In this document: in pieces, positions 11,810-25,772 of the stretch
Position numbering within the stretch: position 1 is the stretch's first letter
Layout: the number at the start of each line of letters is the position of its first letter
Source: Tubiluchus corallicola
Lineage: Eukaryota > Animalia > Priapulida
Length of the DNA: 64,000 nt
Reading direction: 5' to 3'
NCBI GenBank assembly: GCA_030141605.1
Contig: JAQGDQ010000541.1
Location: 1-64,000, forward strand
Made by a program: the position numbers and the translations under genes
Notes under the pieces: generated by a model
Databases searched by the model: none
What the model saw: the letters and a program-made list of their open reading frames with translations, nothing else
Told to the model about the DNA's origin: nothing

Positions 11810-12399
11810 ACCTATATTAATAATGTACCACACGAAATTTCATCCATTTGTTTGATATTGTTGCTTAAAGATATTTACTCGAAGTAGTATGTGTATTTAT
11901 TATTTAAAAATAAACTTTAATTTCTCAATAACTGGTGAAAATCTAGCTTACTGCTTCGTATGATTCGAACTTATTATCTGTAATAATATAATTATTAGAA
12001 AAAGACATGCCCTATCCTACTTAAATGGCTTGACGTTGTTGTCCGGATTTCTTTCTCTCTCTCGAGTACCTTCTTCCTTTCCACTGCTTAATCCCATCCC
12101 TCTCTGTCTCTCTCTCTCAGCAGGAAACAAAACACAACAAGCACTGGTCACAACAACGTAGCAGCAAAAACACAAGATGTAATTATAGCACCGAAGTCAG
12201 GGGAATTCTAGTGGCTTAGTTGTTCCTGTTTGGCTGTAAAATGTTAGGTCATTTCCTTCACAGTGCATGGGATTTCTTGTTCCTTGAAGGTTCAACATGG
12301 ACTTGCACACATGGATTTTTGTCGGGGTTGGCAGGGGTAGGTGGCCGTTTTTTTCCTAACCACTTTTTGATTCCCCCGTGAATGTGACAAATCTAGTCT

Positions 12400-12700
12400 C
12401 AACATTCCACTACTCGTCATACGACTACGCGTGGCTGCCGCGCAGTATTCTATAAAGCGTTATTGTAAAATCATGAATGAAAAATTTCGATAAAATATAG
12501 AGATCACTCACTAGACGGCGACATAAACGAACCACGTGATTACACGGAACTCTTAGTAAGTTAGCCTAGATTTGAGATTATTTTGAAAACCGAGAATTTT
12601 ATCGTGATAAATTGAAATCGTGAGCAAAATTTAAACACACGCAGTGAGAGAGATTTGGCGCTTAGATAAATGTAGGTATACTTAGTAATGAGTTTTTGGA
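12400..12700 (+). promoter_or_regulatory. Possible promoter / non-coding first exon of the LITAF-like gene
   Basis: Locally CpG-rich, with an E-box CACGTG (~12533) and candidate donors gtaagt (~12556) and gtaggt (~12672). The ATG-bearing LITAF exon has an upstream acceptor, so an upstream exon is expected. The location is inference only. Confidence 0.3.
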
Positions 12701-13034
12701 TACTGGGTTCCCGAGCAGACTCTTCCCGGTATAACTATGTACAGTCACTCCCCTCTTGGGATCCGGTTTAGTTATCCAACGTTATACTGTAACCAATGTC
12801 ATAGTGTAATTCTAAAAGCAAAATATACGTCAAGTAGAATTACGTAGCAATGCGTAGACTTATCGTTTTTTGAAGTTGTAAGGACAAATAGTCAAACGCC
12901 AACAGCATTATTTTAAAGTTTGTTAGATTAATTTAATGTTAGAGAAATCGTGCATTGGCATCGAATAACTGTTCTGCAAACTTCTAGACAAAACCTGCCA
13001 ACTATTTGACCTGCAAAAATTAGCATGAAATGTA

Positions 13035-13208
13035 GAAAGCTCGGGATTATCCCTCTCCCGGCAGCTCTTGTGGGCAGATGTGTTCTTTTGCCATGTATAT
13101 ATGCATGTATATATATGTTCCGATATATACATATATACATACGTGTGGAAAGCTCGGGATCATCACTCTCCCGGCAGGTCTTGTGGGCAGATACGTTCTT
13201 TTGCCATT
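13035..13208. repeat. Direct duplication of a ~60-bp GC-rich motif separated by TA/CA-rich sequence
   Basis: GAAAGCTCGGGAT(T/C)ATC(C/A)CTCTCCCGGCAG(C/G)TCTTGTGGGCAGAT..GTTCTTTTGCCAT occurs at ~13036 and ~13148. Confidence 0.9.
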
Positions 13209-15573
13209 ATATGTATATATACGTACATATATGTATGTATATTGTATATATTGTATATACATTGTATATACAATATACATACAATACATACAATTGCTTC
13301 CAAAATATTTAATTTTCATTTGAATGCTCCTAGACTTGGGATTCATGATAGCCATGTGAATCATGAATACTACTGTATTATTGAGAGTAGGTAGTATTGC
13401 AAAAATAATGTGTTTTGCAAACTTGAGAACTGAAATTTTATGTGTGTATACATAATGCGACAGACTAAAATGCTTGTGATACATACATGAGAGTTGGCAG
13501 GTCTGGAACAATGAAAGTGTAAAAGTCATAATAATAACAAATCCTATTCACTATGCCTACAACAAGTATTAGCACACAAACTATATTTTCTTACTGTACT
13601 CACACTATGTGAGTTTTACAGCACAAGCTGGACTAGTTGGAAAAATATCGAATAGGGTAATTTTTCAAACGTTTATCAACTGTTTGTTTACTTTTGCACT
13701 GTTATTTCTTTGTCCTATAATGTTAAATATCATTCAAAGTCTTGTATGGGTCTGCTTAAAAATAATGTATCACATGCTTTTAGCTACGCCAGGCTTAAGT
13801 TACACAATTTGCATAATTCGAGTGTAAGTGCATGACGAATAATTTTCGTTTTTAGATGCGTCTTTTTGCAATCCTGGCCTTACATCAGGATTAACCTTGG
13901 TCCCGGTACCGAAATCCTGAAATTAAAATGAAAATCGGGATTGAGAATTTGAGATAATATATGGTCACTAGTTTCCATTAGTCTGCAATTTACAGTTTGT
14001 CTTATTCAGTCAATGTAACGCTTTGAATTAAACCACTATTACGCTGCATAGTTCTAGGAGAAGACAACTCACTGCCTGACAGTCTGTCACCATTTGTGAA
14101 CTAAACACAAAATGCTCCATTACCTGCCAAAAGCTAGGCTTAGAGTAGCAGTTGCTACCCTTGCTCCCCCATTAGCTATGCCACTGTCAAGCGGTAGTTA
14201 ATCGTTTTGTAATTTTTTCTTTATTTGCACTTTGAATGCCAATGCTGGTTATCATCTTGTGAGACTGATGAGCTTTGTTCTACAGTTTAGGCCCTTGATA
14301 ACTGATAAAATGTATGAATTGATAGTGTGACAAACTACTCATAAAATCCTCAGCACACATATAAAGAGACAGTTGACTGTGACTGTGATATTTACAGTAA
14401 TGATGAAGCATGTAAAACTTTGAAATTTCCAATTTATTCATGATAAGATTTCAGTAACTAAAAACCAACTAATTTTCTTATCTTATTCGTTTGTTACACA
14501 TTGAGGCTAAAAACGATAAAACCTGTTCTTTATACCTGGAGTAGAAGTGAAATCAATGATAGTTTAGTTAACTAATAATATTTAATGTATTGGAGTCATT
14601 TTAGATACAAGTGTAACTCTAAGTAAGCAATTGTGTGAGCACATTATATAGAGCACAATTACTGATACATAAAAGCAATGTATGCCATAAGCCACAAGCC
14701 ACAGCGTAACAAGTCTCCCTGTATGATTTTTTTAAATAACAGTGATATTTTCACATAACTGTTTTTTATTCCACTGTGTAAAGAACGGGCAGAATTTGGT
14801 AGGTATGTGTTACTTTAAAGGGGGAGAGCATTGATGGTCCGAGGTTCTTAAATTACCCTTTCTTTAATGACCAAAGCCGAAAAAGCGTGAGTAAATGGGA
14901 AACATATTTATAGGTAGAATTCTGTACTTGTGTTTTAGATTGCTAAAAATGGAGAAACAGTTAAGTGAAATGTTAACATATATATTTTACAACGTTTACA
15001 AACACAAACAACGTTAATAACAGTGTAACAAACAAACAATATTAATTAATGAGCATAAGCATTGATCAAAACTAATATGTTAGAAAAGCGTATAATGGGA
15101 GCAATGCACTGTGTGCTCTAAGACACAGTGTCTACACATTGCCAATGATTTCATTTGGCAGAAGGCTTTTATAACATACAATATTCTTGATATCTAAAAA
15201 TAGCTTCATGTATAACTTTGAGATCACGTATGCCATGCAAGGTCAAAACTACCTATGAATGTGGCTTCAACATGTTTAAAATCGCGACTGTTTTCCACTT
15301 GCAACAGTCTGTGACACACAGATTATAATTATATATTGTATTCATATGTTTGTGTAACTATGATTATGACACTTGTTAAAGCTATCAATTACTTTGAAAT
15401 TTTGAAATTTGACACACAATATGAAAAAGTACTATACAAGCAGTGTTAAAATATACACGAGTAGCATAAAATAAATTCATATGACAAAGCACTACATGAA
15501 TAGCTCTGAATAAATCTGCATGTGACGTATGTCGTTCTTTACTGAACTATATAATTTGCCACTGAAAATTCTG

Positions 15574-15620
15574 AGAGGGGGGAGAGAGAGACGAGAGAGA
15601 GAGAGAGGGAGGGAGGGAAG

Positions 15621-15655
<35 letters not shown>

Positions 15656-15683
15656 GAAAGACAGAGAGGGAGAGAGAGAGAGA
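15574..15683. repeat. (GA)n/(GGGA)n purine microsatellite
   Basis: Read directly. Confidence 0.95.
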
Positions 15684-16473
15684 ACAAATTCCAGCAAAGT
15701 GGTGGAAAATGAGACGATTTTATAGTTCTCATACAAAGATCAGTCGATGCAATGTTTAACGGTCTACAGTGTGTGACTCGCAAAATCCGTTCATAATTGA
15801 AAGCGACGTTTGTAACAGCTTAAAAGTGATTGGAATTGTAAGCTCAAGTAGTGTTTCAAATGATTCAACAGTGTGCATTTAAGTAATGAAGAATAATTTT
15901 GTTAATCTGCTTTAAAGAAATAAAGATTATATATAATGGAAAATAAGCCTGCACCTTTTGGCATTTTAGCCTTAAAGGGTTATTAATTGGGTAAATTGTT
16001 ATTAATATAACACGAGGCTGTCAAGTTAAATGCTCCACATGACGGAAGCAATACAGATACTTGGATGTTTACGTAAGTGAACTACAGGCTGTAGACTGTT
16101 TGCAGAACTTGTATACAAGGAACTTGTGGGCAGTTTACACACAAGAAAGTGTAGTCTAGTAATCAGGAAATCAAGACTGAAATGCCAGACGAAGTTTGTT
16201 TTTATCGTTGTTTATTTACCTTGTGGTGTACACAAAATTACCCTTGGATGTTTTATTCTTTTTGGGGCAATTTAGCATTAAGCATATAAAAATAATAAAA
16301 AATGTGTACAGTATGTAATGTTACGTTGTTTTGTTTTAACAGAAGTTTTTTTGCATTTGTTTAGTGGTGACTGCTGAGCCATAATGTATATAACTGTTAG
16401 ATTGTTTCTTAATTAATGTAAATATTTGCTTGTCTATCAAAAGATATCTATACCTTATGCTTGTACTTATACC

Positions 16474-17190
16474 TAGAGGCTGAAGCTGAGTCAGTTGCTA
16501 CTATATCAGCTGACTTACACAGTAAATCAGCTAGCTCAGTTGAGGTTGACTGACTTTTCAGCTGAGTTGGCTAAAAGACGAAAATCAGCTACGTCTGCTA
16601 AAGCTACAAATTTTGTTAACTAAATAAATGATAGACATAGATTGTTAGTTAACTGTTAAATTATGGAGGCAAATTTTTTAAATTTATAATTTATGTTATA
16701 CACAGAAAAAAGCTGCTGTCCAAATTCAAATAATGCATTAGAGATCAAATTTTTATTATTATAAAAAAGCAATCAATTTATTGCAAATATAAATTAAATC
16801 CAACTCTTGGTAAGGCTTATCTTGATTACTGACGAAACAATACCAAAACACCAAAATGATCCCGCAAGTGTGACTAACATTGCCTATTTGTGTATTTATT
16901 TTGAATTAACCAGCTTTCTCGTTCAAAAATTTCTAAAGTTTAGCATCTCTGCCAGCACATACACAATCTGACTATGAATACGCATTGCATTTGGCATATT
17001 TCAACCAGTGATTTGCAGTGTCACGTGATTATCGCACGAGTGAAATCTTCGCAGCAGGCAAAAATGTCGGTTAGCTCGACTTCCATCACTGAGCGACTGG
17101 CTCGACTAAAGCTGGGTTTCTTATCGGCTAGGTTGACTGTAGAAATAAACCAGCTGGAGCTCAGCTGAAACCGCGCGGCTCTGGGCTCTA
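16474..17190. mobile_element. Possible hAT-like MITE with CAGCTG/CTCAGC subterminal repeats
   Basis: Starts TAGAGGCTGAAGCTGAG and ends GCGGCTCTGGGCTCTA (imperfect TIR). CAGCT clusters lie at both ends around an AT-rich core. No TSD confirmed. Confidence 0.4.
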
Positions 17191-17328
17191 CTTAGACCAT
17201 ATCAACCAAATGACAATGATATTCTATTTTTAATAATAATGGATTTTATTGCTTTTTTGTTGTAGCACTTCGACATCTGCTTGCTTGACCGGGGCTGAAG
17301 TCTACTGTAAAGTCACAACTCTGTACCA

Positions 17329-17470
17329 ATGGAACAAAAACCACCACCATACACAGAACCAGGCCCTGGTTATGCTCCACCCCCGGGGCAGCCTGGTAGT
17401 CCTTATCCTCCTCCAGGGCAACCGTATCCCCCACCAGGTCAGCAGTATCCTCCTCAGCCAGTACAACCAG
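17329..17470 (+). CDS. LITAF: LITAF/CDIP1-family protein, coding exon 1 (proline-rich N-terminus MEQKPPPYTEPGPGYAPPPGQPGSPYPPPGQPYPPPGQQYPPQPVQP)
   Basis: ATG at 17329 and donor CAG|gtaagc at 17471 (phase 1). Upstream acceptor ttttgttgtag| at 17265. A PPPY (PPxY) motif is present. This frame is missing from the ORF track. Confidence 0.92.
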
Positions 17471-17527
17471 GTAAGCTGCAGTCGGTTTGTGTTGTAAATC
17501 AGTGGTAATTTTTATTTAGTGGAAAAC

Positions 17528-18059
17528 TTAAAGAATAAGGAAATGGGTGCCTGAAGTAGGTTTCGGAAAAATCGCCTTAAAAAATTATATTACTTTACAG
17601 TAATTCCCAAAAAGCTTTCCATGCAAATCTATATTATTTAGCACTTCGCTTACCTGCTGGAACGAGTTATGTAACTAGAAATAATAATTTGAAATGTTTG
17701 TGCCAATTGGTAAAATGTTGCTGACTCACCCTCCAGGGTGCGCCACTCGCTAACCAAAAACGTATTTTTAATCTTATTGACAAGATACAGTGATTTTAAA
17801 TTTTACTTAGTTAGCAACATGTATGTTGCGATGCCCTGATTATTTTTTCAAACTTTACTCAGTGTTATTAAACTTGTTTCAAATGACCTAGCATCAAAAT
17901 AGCTACACCTAACAGTCATCGCGGGAGTTTAGATTTACACATTTTATACAGTGTTACGACCGACACAAACCGTGCATGCAAAAAGGTAAGTAAGTGGTAT
18001 AAAATTTCAAGACAAATTTTTTAAGCTTGATGTAAGTGGAGGGTTTTCTTGTGCTTTAA
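17528..18059. mobile_element. Non-autonomous TTAA-flanked DNA transposon (Kolobok-like), copy 1, in a LITAF intron
   Basis: Runs TTAA-AGAATAAGGAAA ... TTTCTTGTGCT-TTAA and is homologous along its length to 32400-33080. A TTAA TSD with AG...CT termini fits Kolobok rather than piggyBac (CC...GG). Confidence 0.75.
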
Positions 18060-18429
18060 AGACGACATGTCGTTATTAATCACAAGTTCACTGTTAATGT
18101 AACTACTTTAACTTTACTTAATATTTAACATATTTAATTGGGAAATTACAATTACAATTTACACAATACACATACTGTCTACAAAGATATGAATACACAC
18201 ATATGTAACGCTGTAAAAACATTTACTGTACTATGTTAATAAGCGTACAATTATACAAGTCAAATTCAATAATTTAAATTAAAGACAGAACATCAAACTT
18301 TGATGTATAAACCCACTTGTATAGCATAAATACATATAAACGCATATTTAAGGTAGTCATATACACATATAGTATTTAATTTACCTAAGTGATGTTAGTT
18401 ACGTGTGTAGTTTGTTTTTTTAATTTATA

Positions 18430-18782
18430 ATAATAGTTACTTCCTGGAACTGAAACATTTTAGAACAAAATTACAAGCAATGTGGAGAATTTCATAATCG
18501 TTTGAGCCTAATAATAATTTTAGTTTGACATCTTCTGATAAGTAAGTAAAGTTTGGGTATAGAGAGCTAATTTCTGTATAAAGGGTGTTTCTTAGATGTT
18601 CATAGCTACTTCTTCAAGAGCATGTGGGTTTCGTCTTCTATTTTTTGTTTGTTTGGGTCGCATTGTGTACTGTACCTTTCACTGGCTGGAATTTTGTTAG
18701 GTTTATGATGTCTACCGGTTTCTCTTGCAATTGAGTAGGAGCCAGTACGTAGTTTCGTTAATAAGTGAAGGTTTCTATACTA
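18430..18782 (-). mobile_element. Decayed non-LTR retrotransposon 3' end (RTEX-like, C-terminal zinc-knuckle region)
   Basis: The minus strand gives LLTKLRTGSYSIARETGRHHKPNKIPASERYSTQCDPNKQKIEDETHMLL, then (frameshift) YEHLRNTLYTEISSLYPNFTYLSEDVKLKLLLGSNDYEILHIACNFVLKCFSSRK*. This matches the pattern KLR.S.H.L.IETGR...R.C..C...EDE.HFL..C..Y..LR. Confidence 0.8.
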
Positions 18783-19900
18783 GACAGAGGCCATCTTTAA
18801 TGAAATGGGTTCTGTTGCTGCCATGTAAAACAGTTATTTTTCTTGCCTGAACTAAGACCCAAGATAGATGTTCAGGTTCGGAATGTGACAAGAAGGGACG
18901 TATCAATAGATTATGATGCCCTAGGCTGATAGTTCAGCCCTGCGGCTCCTGCCCTTCTTTATTGTAGATTTTTGATTATTTGTATATGAACTGCTATATA
19001 TATATAATTGCTTGTGGTGTATTAGTAATATTATTACCTAGTACCTACATGGTTATTACATAGTACTTATTCCTAAGCCAGCCGTACAAAAACTTGTGGT
19101 GTAGTACCATTTATGTAATAATTGTACTTGTTTGTTATATGGCATTTACATAAGAGCAGGCTCATGTTATGCACTATATAAAATGCGAGCTTTTTATGAA
19201 TGTGAAAAGATATGTATTTTTCGAGGAGAATAAGAATTTAGTAACACTGGGCGTCTAAAACCTAGTTACCCTATTGGTAAATATGCCTCTGGTCATGAGT
19301 GTAACTTGTGAATGCAAAACACACGAATTCAACTCATTTCTTTATATGCCATACCAGAAAGTTGCACAAGTTTCCAGTGGAGATTTTTTTGGTATTGGAT
19401 TTCGACAGAGAAGTTATAAATTTGTTCTTATTATGGCTTCTGACTCTTGGACAATGTTGTCCAGCATTTAGTGCATTGAGAGTATTTGTTGTACTCAATC
19501 TTATGCATATCACAACATTTTGAATTAAGTATGCATGATGGTGTAGCTACATGTAATCAATGGTTTTCAAAGTTTATTTTTTGGGGGTTTAAAGGTGCAC
19601 TTATTAATTCAGTTGTCAACAAGTCAGTGCTGTGTATAGTCTGTTGTTGTCGTCTGCTTTGTAATATATCTGTTAAAATATGAAAATGGTAAAATGTAAA
19701 AATCTTGGTATTTTGTGTTTATCTAAAATGAAATCTGAAAGTCCATCTAAAAATTATTCAGTTATTTTACAAAGCACTTTCAGTTAATGCTAACTGCATA
19801 GGTGCAGGTATAGTTGGTGACAAAATAGTAAAGTACTTTTTTACTTTGTTGCAGTACGTTGCAGGTGACATTACTTATGGTTTTTTCTGTTTTTCTGTAG

Positions 19901-20051
19901 CAACAACAACAGTTATTGTGACTGGTTCGGGACTAGGGCCGTATCCAGCCAACATGCAGTGTCCAAACTGTCATCAGGCTATTGTGACCAGAACAGAGAT
20001 GGTTACTGGAACGCTTACTTGGTTAGCATGCCTGGGGCTTGTTCTAGTTGG
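19901..20051 (+). CDS. LITAF: LITAF-family protein, coding exon 2 (ATTTVIVTGSGLGPYPANMQCPNCHQAIVTRTEMVTGTLTWLACLGLVLVG)
   Basis: Acceptor ttttctgtag| and donor GG|gtaagt. Encodes the first CxxC of the LITAF domain and the start of the hydrophobic segment. Confidence 0.96.
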
Positions 20052-21205
20052 GTAAGTTTTTGATTGCTACCTGCAGATTTTTCATTGAAATCTCGATGCC
20101 AAATTCATGGAAATACAGTAGACAACAGTACAGAGAAACTAGATTCAGGTCTGCTGTATGAAAAAATTGAAACTTGATTTCTTGTGCTGACCACTAATCA
20201 TTCTTATTGAACATTACTTTGTAGAAATTGGACCTAACAGCTATGTTTCTTACCATGTTGTACAAATTTAAATGATAAGTGATAAACATAATTTTTACAC
20301 ATGAAACCACAAAATGCAATTGATCAATTTGTAATGCAGGGTGTATTTTGGAAGAGGAGCAGATGTGGCTAGAATTTGATAGGCTGGTACAGTCTACATA
20401 ATTATGCTAGATGTACAGTATAGCGTTTACGGAAAAAACAGAGGTTTAGAACATTGTTAGCCAAAGATATTATAAACCATACTACAAAGTTTTTAACAAT
20501 TTGAAGTTGTACTACTCGTGTAAGTAGCTGGCTGCAGCAAACTAGATATCGTTCGAGAGATTTGAAATATACGTCGTCATGAAAGCAATCAATAATGACA
20601 GTTAACAATTGTTTTTTACACAATTCAGTACTCTCCAAACTGGGAGCTAGCCAGCAGTGGCAGGGCCTAATAATTATGTTTTGTAAATGTTTGTGATGGC
20701 TAACAGGAAAGGAACTTGTCTCGGTATGACGAATGATCCCCAAGGATGAGACACACTGGACAAGGGGTCAGGGTGTGCAGAAGCATGTTTAGTTGAGTAC
20801 ACGTCCTCCCTCGATCAGTTAAATACTTATGGCAGCATGGCAGATGAAACCCCCCAGAAACAGTCTTCTCGACGTCACACACCACCCATCTATTAACCAG
20901 GTTCGATGCTCCTTGAGTATTCATTACACACCATATGTACACATTAGGTACACATCATACGCATTCCCATTCCCTTCCCAGCAAGTAACAATAACCTGTA
21001 GTATTACAAGTAACTTCTGCTACATACATAAGAAAATATTTTGAATTTGCCAAGTATGTTTCGTTTATGTATCTTTTGTTACGTCATGAATAACATATTA
21101 TTCACATGTTATAGGTAACAGCAGTTCATAAACAGCCTCAGTTGGTTAGTTTTCCATGTAACTTTTGTTACACAGATGGAGTATTACATAGTTTTTGCTT
21201 AATAA

Positions 21206-21343
<138 letters not shown>

Positions 21344-24271
21344 TGCCTTTTATACAGCAGGCAGCCAGTTCTAGTATCAGTCCTTTTCATGTAAGGCCGT
21401 ACTGGCATACTGGATAGAGTACATTTATTCACAATGTTGTGCAGGACCTATAGTGCCACTGCTTTCAACCATTTTTTACGCACTTTTATCTAAATTATTT
21501 TGAGACAAAATAAATATTTTTATAAAACGTGTGTGTAATTTACCCTGTTCACTGAAGTTCTTATAAATCTTATTAAAACTTGTTGTGTGCGTATGTATGT
21601 ACGTGTGAATGTGTGCATACGAGTGTGTGCATTCTATAACTTTCTTTTTGACTTCAAAAGTGTTAGCATGTTTACCAAAAGTTCTACTAGTGAAAATATT
21701 CAAAGCTTTGAAACATTTTGATTTAGTTACTTTTGTTTTACAACATGGCGGAAAAACACAAATACCTTGCTTTTTGCATTAGAGGTTTATGTTTTTTGAA
21801 ATACATTGTTTTTTACTGAGATTTTATTTAGATTTTCAAACGGGAACACTGAGATGCTGGGTCAAACTTTGGTCAGATTTTATTAATATAATTAAGAATC
21901 AAACTGCTGTTTTACTGTACGTTCTTGTGTAAATGTCCTGCACGTTGTATTTATAATATAAATAGTAAATAGACTTATCAAATCTCAAGTCCTTGACAAT
22001 ACACGAATTAGTTTTTTCATTTCATTGACCTTGAGTTTTATTAGGAAACTAAAGTAGCTGCTATAAAAGATGACAAGTTTTACTCTTGAGTCTGTGACCA
22101 GTTCAGCTGAAAGCTCAAGATTATTTAAAGATTTTAGTTTTTCTAAAGAGCATGATTTTTTGGCTCCAGTTAGATATAAACAAATGCGCTTCTTTTTGAA
22201 TGTACTTCAAGATCTAGCATTTTTTACCGGTATGGAAATGCCGGGCTCTTATAGGAGACATTCGTAGTTTTAACGTCAGAGGTTGCTTTTAACTAACCTT
22301 TTTTGAGTGATCAGAAGTGCTGCATGCATTTTGAGAAAGACCATGTTAATTTTTATAAAAAATTTAGTTTATTGTGCATTTCAAAATAAAATTAATATTC
22401 AAGCAAATTTGGCAACTTTAATGTTTAAACAATGTATCTAAAGTATTATATCTGTATTGGTATTGCGTTTGTGTTAATGGTGTAGCTTAACAAATGGGGA
22501 ATTATTGTTGTGCTTCACTCCCATAATTGCTTATCTACCATACCTATATTAGTTTGACTTACATATAGTTTGTCTTAAGTAGTCACTGTGTTTGTGTAAT
22601 GTGTTACAGTTTTTCCCAGTTCAAAGTGTTAGCTTTTTCGACACATTGTTAAACAAACTTTAAAGGAAAGTGATAAAAATGCATTTTAGAAATTAATAGA
22701 AGTGTAATGATGGTATTTAGGAAATTTAGTTTAGTTCACTATGCAGGCTGTGTTCTTTTACACTCAGCTCTGGTAGTTATGAAATGCTGCCTTACTTGTT
22801 TTTTCATTTAAATTTTATTTTATTGGTTTTTTTTATATGTTTGTGCTTTGTTAAAACATAGTGTTTATTCCTTCATAGCTGTCTGCTGCTAAAGCAAAGT
22901 TCCTTGAAAAACTGCCCATTTGACTCTTCCTTAGGTGAAAAAAACATACAGCTGCAGATGCAGTACAGATTTTAACTTTCAATAAATTTTACTCTTGTCT
23001 CACCACTGTAAAGCAAACAGTAGATCTCATTCAGTTATTGAGAAAGTGCCCACAAATTGCCATGTGCTTTACTTCTAGATTCTTGAAAATTTAATGATAC
23101 AAACTGAATTTGAGACGCGTGCAAATATCTCTCATGTTGCGATAACCTTGAAGTATTTTGTGGGGAACTGCGGCTTTCTCAAATACTTTTATGCACATGT
23201 TCACATAAATGAGTTATATGATTGAGTTTCGATTATACTAAACCTTGTGTTTGTTGTATTATCATGAAGGGCAACTCAGTTTTAGGTTGGCTGCTTATAT
23301 TGTTCTCGGTGTGTATGGAATGCAAATCCTACTGTTCCTTTTTTGAAACCTGCTGTTATTTGTTAAATCTGGAACTTCAGATCTGCATAGGTGCAGGCAG
23401 GGAGAAGTAGACTTTCAAACCTTTTTATAAAGTTGGCAGTTTTCTATGCCATGTGAAGCATAGCACGTGCTGCCATCTATGCGGTTGTTTCACCATATAT
23501 AACTAAAGATGTATACTAATTGTTGAATGTTTTAACATTAACTGTTTAATTTGGTGAAATATTTGAATTGATAAGCAGATAACATGTATCTAATTAGTAC
23601 ACAAATTACTTACTCAGATGCCCTTATTATTTACTTGTGCCTTTATCAAGTTATTTTAAATTAGTATGTTAAAGTGATTAAAATAATGAGTTTTAATTAA
23701 AGTTGAGGATCACAGATAAAGCTGTAGATATAATTTTTGTAGTTAGTTTAATTGTTTTAATCATTGTATGTTATGCTTGTTTCTTTCATGACATGAATTT
23801 TTTTAAAAATAAAATTAACAGTGGCATCAAATATTGATTTTATACGTTTGTGTAAAGTGATTATTATTATAATAAAAAGCAATCAGTGCTGGTGTAATAC
23901 ATTAATGTTCAATAATTGCCATATGTTAATTACTCTGTCCAATAATATATTTAGAGAAAATGGCATTGAAATGTTATGAGTCATGTGTATATGAGTAACT
24001 GTGATTTTTAACTCGGGGGAGGGGGGTTCTTTCTTCTATTAATTGTGCCAGTTTTATCAAATTCTAATAAATTATTAGAAATTTATTGATAGATGAAATT
24101 TGAAAGTTCTCAACTGTCACCGTTCTGTGAGTTTTACCAGTAGAATGGTCTGGATGTGAATGAATCGGTTGTTCTTTGCCCCTGTGCCTTCGAACATATG
24201 TTGCATCTTGAATTATGAGTAACAAAAAGACATATATGTACATTTGTAAACACTTTTAACCTAAATAGCAC

Positions 24272-24368
24272 GTGTCAGGCAGAGCAACAGCAGTTGCCAT
24301 TTTTAAAGTCCTTGGTATGACTTGGCCGCAGCATCGAACTTACGACCTCCCAGACGGAAAGCGTACTA
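24272..24368 (-). mobile_element. tRNA-derived SINE fragment
   Basis: The minus strand reads CTGGGAGGTCGTAAGTTCGAT (B box), then GTCATACCAAGGACTTTAAAAATGGCAACTGC. The same layout occurs at 57016-57120. Confidence 0.65.
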
Positions 24369-25109
24369 TTATTTACAACATGTTATTAGTTACTTTCATT
24401 ATTTGTGGCGATTGGTGGCAAAGTCGACATGTTTCTCCTTTCATTGATTGGAAACTGATGCGCAAGATGCTTGGCTGAAATCTTGGCCTATTAGTTCAAC
24501 TTTGTATCTACATTTTGGACATAAATTGTGTAATTTTGAAAAAGCTTCAACTGCCGCCAAAGCTTTCTCTTTGACTAAGATTTGCTAAAAGAACCGCTTA
24601 ATCACTGCTCAAACATAATTACACAATTCACACTACCTGACGTCAGAGCCATTTCCTTAATTTGCCTGTTAATGACAATATTTCCGTTCTAATCATGCGA
24701 GGTACAGAGGTGAACTATCACAGAGACCTGAATCAATTTCTCTTGCTACGAGATACACCCATAGCGCATGTCAAGCCATGACCATACTATTATATGACTA
24801 CTACAAGAGTGTGTAGACGTACTAACGACACTTGTCAATAATAGACCACGCATTCGCTCTAACAAGTACTGGAAAGAAGCCATCGCCACTTGGAACGGAG
24901 GGAAGGTTGGAATTTTGTTCTAGACGCTGTTACTGAACGAGTAGCAAGGTAAAAAGGTAGGCAATTCAGTACTTACTAAAAATAAAAGGAATAATTGTAC
25001 ACAAACATTAATTACAAGTTCTATATGTTGTGCAGTAAAAAAATATAGCAAAAGGACGAGTGGTTAACCTCAACTAGACAACTTTCCGCATCTCAGATGA
25101 TTAAAAAAA

Positions 25110-25772
25110 GATTCTGATTTATTGGATTTGAAATTTGGTTTGATTGAAGGCGAGACTGGTTTGTCACCTTTAATGCAAAGAAGACGAAATTTGTCTCATT
25201 TTCTCACCATCATAATGCCACTGCCCATTATAAATAAGACTGTTTCTTCTCTTTCGGATTCTCACGTTCTCGATCTTAACGATCTCAGCTACAAAAATAT
25301 CTTACAGGGACAACTGTGTCGTCCTCGGTAATCAAACTCCTGACGCTATTCACACCTTCACAAGTCAACCCTTCTATCTTGCCTGGAGAATTGCCTGTAC
25401 TTGTATTAGTTTTGGTTGATGCATTTGGTTTGGTTTGTTACCGGAACCCATATGACAAATTTGAAAATTGCATTATGAGATCGTTTGTTCGGATTTGGGG
25501 TCAACTTACAGTCCCTTGCTCACTGAAGATCAGTTCGTAATGCTATGTTGAGCCATCTCTTGTATGGGAGATGTCCTGAGGACGTCTTGTCACTAGTTCC
25601 TAGATGCCAACAGTTTTCTCGTAATACTCGTTTTTCTGCTGGTTCTCACAGTTTTGCCCTCTCTCATAAAATACAGCTTTTTCACTCGGATTTCTTATCT
25701 GTAGAATTCCCTACCAAAAATTGTTTTCTTACTGACTACAACTTTACTTTCTTTGAGACTAATAATAACTAA
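25110..25772 (+). mobile_element. Decayed CR1/L2-group LINE 3' fragment
   Basis: DWFVTFNAKKTKFVSF at ~25153 (W...FN..KT motif after the RT core). LLYGRCPEDVLSLVPRCQQFSRNTRFSAGSHSF...DYNFTFFETN resembles a CR1-type ORF2 C-terminus. Stops and frameshifts are present. Confidence 0.7.

Noticed and set aside
17246-17497. Track ORFs 17246-17434 (-) and 17249-17497 (+)
   Set aside because: They are shadow frames of the real proline-rich LITAF exon starting at 17329.
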